Assembly (NCBI GenBank): GCA_963824045.1
Contig: CAWGNW010000006.1
Location: 6,099-70,098 of the forward strand
Length of the DNA: 64,000 bases
Direction: 5' to 3'
Source of the DNA: an uncultured Gammaproteobacteria bacterium
GTDB lineage: Bacteria > Pseudomonadota > Gammaproteobacteria > UBA9214
Below are positions 57,707-64,000 of this stretch, piece by piece. The position numbers and the translations under genes were made by a program. Below the pieces are notes generated by a model, which saw only the letters and a list, made by a program, of their open reading frames with translations, searched no databases and was not told the DNA's origin. Each line of letters starts with the position of its first letter. Position 1 is the stretch's first letter.

Positions 57707-58533
57707 TGGAGAGGCTGCCACCAGTGGTTACGATCCCCCTTGCCATGGTTGAGCTTGTATCCGGAGCGGAACGCCTGGAGCCGCGAACGCAGTCATTCCT
57801 GCAGGGCCAGGTGGCGCTGTTTTCCGTGCGATCGCCGGAGAAGACCAGCAGCAACGAGGACGCGGCAGCCCTGATTTCCATTGATGATCGCAGCGGACTG
57901 ATTGTGGTCGCGGACGGGCTCGGCGGGCATGCGGACGGGGCGCTGGCTTCACGTATGGCGATCGACGAACTCGTTGGCGCCACCCGGGATGTCGTGGCCA
58001 GTGGAGGCGGGCTGCGAGAGGCCGTCCTGCAGGGTATCGATGCTGCTAACCAGGCCATCATCGCACTGGGCAATGGTGCGGCGACCACGCTGGCCGTCAC
58101 CGAGATCACCGATGCCGGTATGCGCACTTACCACGTAGGCGATTCCTCTATTCTGGTAACCGGGCAGCGTGGCCTGCTCAAACAGCAGACCATCCAGCAC
58201 TCGCCGATCGGCCATGCCGTGGAATCCGGCCTGATGGACGAGGCCGGTGCCATGCAGTCGGAGGAGCGACACCTCGTCTCCAACGTGGTCGGTTCACCGG
58301 ACATGCGGGTCGAACTGGGGCCGCTGCGCAAGCTCGCGACCTACGATACGGTTGTGATGGCCAGCGACGGCCTGGCTGACAATCTCATGGTCGAGGAAAT
58401 AATCAAGACCGTCCGCAAGGGACCTCTGGACCGGGCGGCCGGCAACCTGATGTCCGCCTGTCTTCAGGCGATGCTGGACGGCGGCCATCCGGATGACCTT
58501 ACCGTTGCCCTGTATCGGCCCTCGGGCAGGTGA
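57706..58533 (+). CDS. PP2C-family Ser/Thr phosphatase
   Basis: NEDAAAL...VVADGLGGHADGALASRMA...TTLAV...VGDSSILV...MASDGLADNL. Its ATG overlaps the kinase TGA (TGATG). Confidence 0.85.
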   Translation: MERLPPVVTIPLAMVELVSGAERLEPRTQSFLQGQVALFSVRSPEKTSSNEDAAALISIDDRSGLIVVADGLGGHADGALASRMAIDELVGATRDVVASGGGLREAVLQGIDAANQAIIALGNGAATTLAVTEITDAGMRTYHVGDSSILVTGQRGLLKQQTIQHSPIGHAVESGLMDEAGAMQSEERHLVSNVVGSPDMRVELGPLRKLATYDTVVMASDGLADNLMVEEIIKTVRKGPLDRAAGNLMSACLQAMLDGGHPDDLTVALYRPSGR

Positions 58534-58764
58534 ACGCCCGCAACTGCCGGCATCCGGATACTCCCTTTCCTGTAGCCGGGTAAATAACACTCCCGGGGCA
58601 GGGGGATTTCCGCTGCCTTGAGGTATTTCCTGGCAGCATGCGGGCATCCCCCCCGGCGCCATGATCGCGGAAAGCCACCGTGGACTTGATCAATATCATG
58701 TCGACCCGGCAGGATAAGTCTCATAATAAAAATCATCCTGTATAAAAGGTCGGATCTCGGCACT

Positions 58765-59433
58765 ATGCTAAAATCACTCTCCCTGCGTGCGATATCGCTT
58801 CTGCTCCTGTGCTTGCTGGCGAATACTTCCGCCGCGGTGGAGCCGTGCGCGCCCTTTGAGGGTGGGCGGGTCGACGCGGGACTGATTGCCGCCATGCGTC
58901 AGGCAGCGCGTGAAGGACGCATGTACCGGGTCGATGCAGACAAGTCCACTGTTGGATTCTGTGTGCGGCATTTCCCGTTCCAGGAATTCCGTGGTGAGTT
59001 CAGAAACCTCGTGGGAGGTCTGGCACTGCCACCCGACCCCGGGCAGTACGGGCATGCCATGCTGCTGATTCACAGCGCCAGCCTGGTCTCGGAAGACAGT
59101 GCCCTGGTCCCGCTGGTGATCGGGCACAGTTTCATCGATGCAGAGCGTTATCCCGAGATCCTGTTCGTGGGTCGACGCTTTGTATGGCTGGATGACAGCC
59201 AGGCGCAGATTTACGGTGAGTTGACCCTGCACGGCAAGACCCGGCCGGTGGTATTCAATGTCGAGATAGAGCGGGATAGCGGGGAAATTCCCGAGGCCGA
59301 TCGGCGTATCCGGATGCGCGGCAACGCCCAGGTAAATCGCATCCAGTTCGACATGAGCAGCTACCAGTATTTCGTCAGTGACACCGTGCGCTTGTGTCTT
59401 GCTGTCGAACTGGTGCCCTGGGTAAACGAATGA
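58765..59433 (+). CDS. secreted YceI-like domain protein
   Basis: Signal peptide (LLLLCLLANTSAA), then a YceI-like pattern (STVGFCVRHFPFQEFRGEFRNLVGGL...FIDAERYPEILF...IYGELTLHGKTRPVVF). Confidence 0.65.
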   Translation: MLKSLSLRAISLLLLCLLANTSAAVEPCAPFEGGRVDAGLIAAMRQAAREGRMYRVDADKSTVGFCVRHFPFQEFRGEFRNLVGGLALPPDPGQYGHAMLLIHSASLVSEDSALVPLVIGHSFIDAERYPEILFVGRRFVWLDDSQAQIYGELTLHGKTRPVVFNVEIERDSGEIPEADRRIRMRGNAQVNRIQFDMSSYQYFVSDTVRLCLAVELVPWVNE

Positions 59434-59506
59434 TGCAGCAGGATTGTTATGCACCCGGCGGCGCCGGTTGTGAGCAACCACTGACTCAACAATTGAACAG
59501 AACGGA

Positions 59507-60217
59507 ATGAACGTTATGAAAATATCGCAACAGATCCCGAGAATCCTCCTGCCAGCTGTCACCAGTCTGCTGTTGTGCGGCAACAGCGTGCTGAACGCCG
59601 CTGCAGGTGACGCCGCTGCCGGTGCATTGAACTTCAACGAACAGACGCACCTCGTGTTTACCTGCGAGGAGGAAAAGCTGGCGCGTGATGTCTACCGGGT
59701 GCTGGGCAGCCGGTTTCCCGAAATCGGCGTTTTCGCGGATATGGAGGCAAACAAGGAACACAATCGCTGTGCGGTGCTCGACCTGATGCGGAAATACCGG
59801 GTTTCCGTACCCCTGGTGAATGACAACGTCGGGGTTTTCTCCTGGGGCATCTACGGGCGATACTTCACGGAAAAGTACCTGGTCCTTACCAGCCAGGGAT
59901 CGAGCGACCCCCTGAGTGCGTTGTATGTCGGGGCCTTTATGGAGGAACTCAATATCCTGGACATCAACGAGTGTCCCAAGGTGATTGTCGACATCAGCAA
60001 CGGCATCAACGATGCTGCAGACTGTGGCATGCACTACACCGACAATCCGGAGTTGCAGCGTGTCTATACGAGCCTGCTGGAGGAGTCCCGCAGGCACCTC
60101 TGGCTGCTGGTGCACGCCATCGAGTTGCAAACCGGTAGCGACAAGTACCAGGCGCAGATCCTGCAGCAGAACGAGGTGGATGACATCCTCTCGCACCAGC
60201 TGCTGGCGCAGCCCTGA
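59507..60217 (+). CDS. secreted ferritin-like DUF2202 protein
   Basis: Signal peptide, then LVFTCEEEKLARDVY...FADMEANKEHNRCAVLDLMRKY...ALYVGAFMEELNILD. This matches the EEEKLARDVY / SE..H motifs I recall for DUF2202. Confidence 0.6.
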   Translation: MNVMKISQQIPRILLPAVTSLLLCGNSVLNAAAGDAAAGALNFNEQTHLVFTCEEEKLARDVYRVLGSRFPEIGVFADMEANKEHNRCAVLDLMRKYRVSVPLVNDNVGVFSWGIYGRYFTEKYLVLTSQGSSDPLSALYVGAFMEELNILDINECPKVIVDISNGINDAADCGMHYTDNPELQRVYTSLLEESRRHLWLLVHAIELQTGSDKYQAQILQQNEVDDILSHQLLAQP

Positions 60218-60230
60218 GCGTACCCCGACT

Positions 60231-61241
60231 TTATTCCCTCGCGATTCCCGGGCAGTCCGGCAGCGGGGCACACTGCACCGGCAGGGACTCCTTGCCATGC
60301 GTGCGCGCCGTGATTTCAGTCTGTGTTTCCAGATATTCGGGCTCGCCCGGTGCCACGGTGACCGCACAGGCGGCTGCCCGGCGCGCCTGTGCATGACAGG
60401 TGGTCTCCAGCAGGGCATAGGCGAGGTTGTTCCACGCGCGCGGGTCAGCCGGCGCAAGCACGGTTGCCTGGCGAAAGGCCGCGGCGGATTCGCTGAATTC
60501 ACCATCGCTGTACAGGCTGTTTCCCCAGGACAGCCAGCCGGCCGGCAGATCCGGCCAGCGTTCGGTGGCCGAGCGGTAGGCCATGCGGGCGGCCTTTGCC
60601 TGGCCCGAGACCTCCAGGTCACGGGCGGCCTGCAGGTAACCTGCAGGGTGTGCGCTGGCCGGGACCTCGCCGGCTGGCACGATGACCAGCGCCCAGTAAT
60701 CACCCCGTGACCAGGTGCGTTCGAAAGTCCCCAGCGAGGTGCGCCAGCGCCGTGTCGTGCCGGAGCGCAGCACGATTTCCCGCGACGCCAGGTCGTAGCC
60801 AATGACCACGGCATAGTGCCATTTCGGCAATACGGGCAGGCCGAGATTCTGAAACACCAGTACCGGGTTGCCGTGCGCCGTTTCCTCGAGCAGGTCGACG
60901 AGCGAGGTGCGCAGCGGGTAAGCCAGCATGCCATGGTCGCGTGCGGCGGCGGCAATCTCATCACGCAGGCTGCCATGCAGTGCGGGAATGTAGACACGCT
61001 CCACCAGATCTCCGGGCGTCACGCTGACAGCATGCGCCGCCAGGACGGTGGCGAGCGCGGCGGGTCCGCACTGGTAGCGTTGCTGCGGGAAAAACGGGGT
61101 TTGTGTCAGTTCAACCCTGGTTGGCAGGTCAGTATCCGGCTGCAGGAACAGTTGTCTGGTCTGCGGCGGAGTTGCACAGGCGGTCAGCAGTACGGAAAGC
61201 AGGACGCCCGCCAGCTGGCGGGCGCCCGTTGACAACTGCAT
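60231..61241 (-). CDS. PA2778-like lipoprotein cysteine peptidase (C39-like) with TPR tail
   Basis: ATG 61241, lipobox LLTAC, catalytic-Cys context YQCGPAALATVL, WHYAVVIGYD, and C-terminal TPR-like repeats (AWNNLAYALLE). Confidence 0.6.
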   Translation of the reverse strand: MQLSTGARQLAGVLLSVLLTACATPPQTRQLFLQPDTDLPTRVELTQTPFFPQQRYQCGPAALATVLAAHAVSVTPGDLVERVYIPALHGSLRDEIAAAARDHGMLAYPLRTSLVDLLEETAHGNPVLVFQNLGLPVLPKWHYAVVIGYDLASREIVLRSGTTRRWRTSLGTFERTWSRGDYWALVIVPAGEVPASAHPAGYLQAARDLEVSGQAKAARMAYRSATERWPDLPAGWLSWGNSLYSDGEFSESAAAFRQATVLAPADPRAWNNLAYALLETTCHAQARRAAACAVTVAPGEPEYLETQTEITARTHGKESLPVQCAPLPDCPGIARE

Positions 61242-61248
61242 GTAACGG

Positions 61249-61638
61249 TTATCTGATCGGGTGGATGAACGGGAAGATATCCGTGGCACCTAGGACGTCG
61301 GTTATGACAAAGACGATGAAGATGACCAGCAGGATTCCCAGGACACCGTCGCCGCCGGCCTTGACTTCGTTGAGCTGCCGGTTGAGGTTCGCGAGTTCCT
61401 CTCCGGTCAGGCTGTTGATGCGCTCACGCGCCATCTCCGGGTTGACACCCCAGCTTTCCAGCTGTTGCCGGGTGACCTCCTGGTCGAGCATTGCCAGGAT
61501 CGACTCGCTGTCGAGAGTAGCCTGCTGTTCGCTGATAATACGGCCGTTGTCTACCATGCCAGCCTGTGCCGGCAGCATCGGCAACATGACCAGCATTAGC
61601 GAGAGAAACCAGGCCATGGGTTGTTGCTTGCATCGCAT
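61249..61638 (-). CDS. PA2779-like small secreted/membrane protein
   Basis: ATG 61638 with an AAGGAG RBS and a signal peptide. VTRQQLESWGVNPEMARERINSLTGEELANL is followed by a C-terminal TM (GILLVIFIVFVI). Ends 7 nt before the peptidase ATG. Confidence 0.55.
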   Translation of the reverse strand: MRCKQQPMAWFLSLMLVMLPMLPAQAGMVDNGRIISEQQATLDSESILAMLDQEVTRQQLESWGVNPEMARERINSLTGEELANLNRQLNEVKAGGDGVLGILLVIFIVFVITDVLGATDIFPFIHPIR

Positions 61639-62123
61639 GACGCTATCTCCTTGTGAAAACAAATGACAAACTGGCACCCTGAATTCGGCAGGCCAGACAG
61701 GCGCAACCATACCGATATGCCGAACACAGTGCCAGCTTTCCGGGTTCCTGATGTGACGAATTATTTTGTCTTGCTGTCCGTAACGTGATGCAACTTAAAT
61801 GTGTTCGCATAGCGGCCTGTCGTGAAAGCTCCGGCTTGACCGGGCTGGCGGCTCCGCCGTGATGTGAACGCAGGCGCTGCCGGAGGGCGGCTCATATCGT
61901 GGCGGGCAAGTGTGCCGCCGGATTCCGCCTGAACTTTTCCCGGTCATGCGAGTCACAGCGATGGAGCCGGCGGTCTTGCCGTTTGCTGTCCTGCAGTGAA
62001 TCACGGACAGCCCGCAGTGACAGCCTGGAAACATCTACGGAGCGGTGGGTGCGGGCGGCCGGGCAACGTTCAACAGGCGTTTGCAGCCTGTTGCAGGGAC
62101 GAATAGACAGTCGAGGTCCAGAC

Positions 62124-63140
62124 ATGATGAAACAAATGGCAGTACCTTCGGAGAATGGCGCGATGGACGCTGCGCAGGCAGCCTTTGAGCAGCTGCGCAA
62201 ACAACTTGAGTCCTGCATTATCGGCCAGCAGAAACTGGTCGAACACCTGTTGCTGGCGCTGCTGGCAGACGGTCACCTGCTGGTCGAGGGGGCGCCAGGA
62301 CTTGCCAAGACAACGGCAATCAAGGAGCTGGCCAATCGCATCGAGGGTGATTTTCACCGTCTGCAGTTTACGCCGGATCTGTTGCCCGGCGACCTGACGG
62401 GAACCGAGATCTACCGGCCGCAGACCGGCGATTTCGAGTTTCAAAAAGGCCCGATCTTTCACAATCTGGTGCTGGCTGACGAGATTAACCGCGCGCCGGC
62501 CAAGGTCCAGTCGGCGCTGCTGGAAGCCATGGGTGAACGCCAGATAACGGTGGGGCAGGTGACCTACACCCTGCCACGGCTGTTCCTGGTCATGGCCACG
62601 CAGAACCCGATCGAGCATGAGGGTACCTACCCCCTGCCGGAGGCGCAGCTGGACCGTTTCCTCATGCATGTCCGCATCGGCTACCCCAATGCCGGCAGCG
62701 AACGCGAGATCCTGGCGCTGGCACGACGCCAGGCAGGCGCAGCGGCCGGGGGAGAGCGCCCGGCCGTTGCCGGTGTGCTGCTGACGCAGGAACAGATATT
62801 CAGTGCGCGGCAGGCGGTACTGACCCAGCACATGGCGCCGGCCGTGGAGGAGTACCTGATCCAGCTGCTGCTGGCCTCACGCGACCCCTCACCCTACGGG
62901 GAAGACCTGGCGCGCTGGGTCAGCTACGGTGCCAGCCCCCGCGGCACGATCGCACTTGATCGCTGTGCGCGTGCCCGCTCCTGGCTGCAGGGGCGCGATT
63001 ACGTGACCCCGGAAGACGTACAGTCCGTGGCGCACGATACCCTGCGACATCGTATCCTGCTGTCGTTCGAGGCCGAGGCGGAAGGTCTGACTGCCGACGA
63101 TGTTATCAACGCCCTGGTCAAGCGGGTCCCGGTTTCCTGA
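62124..63140 (+). CDS. MoxR-family AAA+ ATPase
   Basis: LLVEGAPGLAKTT (Walker A), RLQFTPDLLPGDLTG, LADEINRAPAKVQSALLEAM, ATQNPIEHEGTYPLPEAQLDRF. Confidence 0.9.
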   Translation: MMKQMAVPSENGAMDAAQAAFEQLRKQLESCIIGQQKLVEHLLLALLADGHLLVEGAPGLAKTTAIKELANRIEGDFHRLQFTPDLLPGDLTGTEIYRPQTGDFEFQKGPIFHNLVLADEINRAPAKVQSALLEAMGERQITVGQVTYTLPRLFLVMATQNPIEHEGTYPLPEAQLDRFLMHVRIGYPNAGSEREILALARRQAGAAAGGERPAVAGVLLTQEQIFSARQAVLTQHMAPAVEEYLIQLLLASRDPSPYGEDLARWVSYGASPRGTIALDRCARARSWLQGRDYVTPEDVQSVAHDTLRHRILLSFEAEAEGLTADDVINALVKRVPVS

Positions 63141-63149
63141 TACAGGCAT

Positions 63150-64000
63150 CATGTTCAGCAAGCTGTTCAGCAGGCAGGCGGCGCACGCAACGGCAGGTAC
63201 AGCCGGATTCTCCGCTGCTGTGACGGACGGAGTCCGGGTGAGTCGTGAGGAACTGCTGCAACTGCGGCACAGCGCACGTGAGCTGCCGCTCGACAGCCGC
63301 ATGGCAGCCACCAGCGTCATCAGCGGGGCGCATGTCTCGCGCTTTCGCGGCCGCGGGATGGATTACCTGGAATCGCGCGGTTACCAGCCGGGAGACGATA
63401 TTCGCAGCATGGACTGGCGGGTTACCGCGCGTTCCGGGCGCGCGCATATCAAGGTCTACCAGGAAGAACGCGAGCGGCCGATCGTGCTCATGCTCGACCT
63501 GGGACCGGGCATGTTCTTTGCCACCCGGGGCGCGTTCAAATCGGTGGTTGCTGCCCGTGCCGCGGCCATGATCGGCTGGGCCGCGGTACATAACGGTGAT
63601 CGCATCGGCGCCTTGCTGTTCAACGGCGGCCACCATGAGTTGCGTCCGCTGGGCGGCTCCCGCGGCGCCCTGCGTCTCATCCGTACGCTGGTCGAGATGA
63701 CGGACCCGGCACGAGCACCTGGCAGTCGTTCCGACAGTGTCAACGGGCAGCACCTGAATGACGCCCTGATGCGTCTGCGGCGGGTCGCCCGCCCGGGCAG
63801 CCTGGTATTCCTGCTGAGTGATTTCTATGGCTGCAATACGGAAACCCGGCGCCACCTGCAGTACCTGCGCAAGCACACCGACATCATTGCGCTGCAGATC
63901 GTCGATACGCTGGAAGTGGCGCCACCTCCGCCCGGACATTATGCCATCTCCGACGGCCACCGCAGCGGCCTGCTCGATACCCGCAGTCCGGCACGTCGTC
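63150..64000 (+). CDS. DUF58 (VWA-like) protein, partner of MoxR; 3' end outside window
   Basis: ATG 63150 lies 10 nt after the moxR stop, and my own translation is open to the window end. SRFRGRGMDYLESRGYQPGDDIRSMDWRVTARSG is the DUF58 signature. It is absent from the ORF track because it has no stop. Confidence 0.8.

Noticed and set aside
41199-60997. Other large shadow ORFs: 41199-42857 (+, 552 aa), 45169-47391 (-, 740 aa), 55409-56719 (+, 436 aa), 58774-59637 (-), 59486-60997 (-, 503 aa), 62070-62831 (-), 63118-63960 (-)
   Set aside because: Each is antisense to a confidently assigned gene: SulP, the AsmA-like giant, gltA, YceI-like, MoxR or DUF58. The 503-aa ORF even spans two oppositely oriented real genes.
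53421-64000. NYN nuclease, kinase/PP2C and MoxR-DUF58 together as a phage-defence island
   Set aside because: The genes are interleaved with housekeeping genes (gltA, usp). They lack the partner nucleases, ATPases or effectors of known defence systems. There are no mobile-element hallmarks or a marked compositional shift across the whole block.

Overview
High-GC (by eye above 60 percent, not computed) proteobacterial chromosome segment with about 58 protein-coding genes. I recognised no rRNA, tRNA, CRISPR array, transposase or integrase.

Layout:
(i) 1-2.1 kb: the 3' end of an OMP gene, then an AT-richer islet holding an orphan Cys-rich ORF, two 83-bp direct repeats and a REP-like palindrome, then a DUF2956-like gene.
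(ii) 2.3-4.5 kb: a SulP-STAS-cNMP anion transporter.
(iii) 4.5-26.7 kb: a molybdenum/tungsten cofactor island. It contains a conserved hypothetical, FdhD joined in frame to an HTH plus PBP-like (TunR-type) regulator, moaA (frameshifted), mobA and tupCBA (tupA frameshifted). It also holds a sigma-54 enhancer-binding protein whose receiver lacks the phospho-Asp, and a strong sigma-54 promoter. That promoter heads a 10-gene formate-dehydrogenase operon: DUF3305-like, DUF3306-like, a 565-aa polyferredoxin, a TorD-like chaperone, a small TAT protein, FdhA (Cys type), FdhB, two tiny lipoproteins and cytochrome-b FdhC. The island ends with moaE-moaD, moaC, moeA-moaB and mobB.
(iv) 27.2-29.3 kb: a lower-GC orphan CHASE-PAS histidine kinase.
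(v) 29.5-32.0 kb: a cation-chloride-cotransporter-like gene broken by two frameshifts.
(vi) 32.1-40.7 kb: a metal block (CzcCBA-like RND system, DedA, CDF transporter, PPK2).
(vii) 40.7-43.5 kb: a decayed stretch with an outer-membrane-factor gene remnant, a second SulP gene and a short ParB-like ORF.
(viii) 43.9-48.2 kb: a 1439-aa N-terminally anchored AsmA/TamB-like protein.
(ix) 48.5-53.4 kb: DUF4124, then a CBS / korA / korB / Zn-ribbon-CBS operon.
(x) 53.4-64 kb: Usp, an NYN-LOTUS protein behind a structured leader, citrate synthase, a small kinase plus PP2C pair, YceI-like, DUF2202-like, the PA2778/PA2779-like pair, and MoxR plus DUF58 (which runs off the window).

Most interesting to me:
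- The uncharacterised cytoplasmic DUF3305/DUF3306/polyferredoxin trio that heads a sigma-54-controlled periplasmic FDH operon.
- The fdhD to TunR-like junction, which is either a fusion or a fifth +1 indel.
- The nested-hairpin leader upstream of the NYN-LOTUS gene.
- The 83-bp repeat pair.
- A run of four (possibly five) reading-frame breaks, each explained by one extra base.

All family assignments are from motif recognition by eye. None has been checked against a database.
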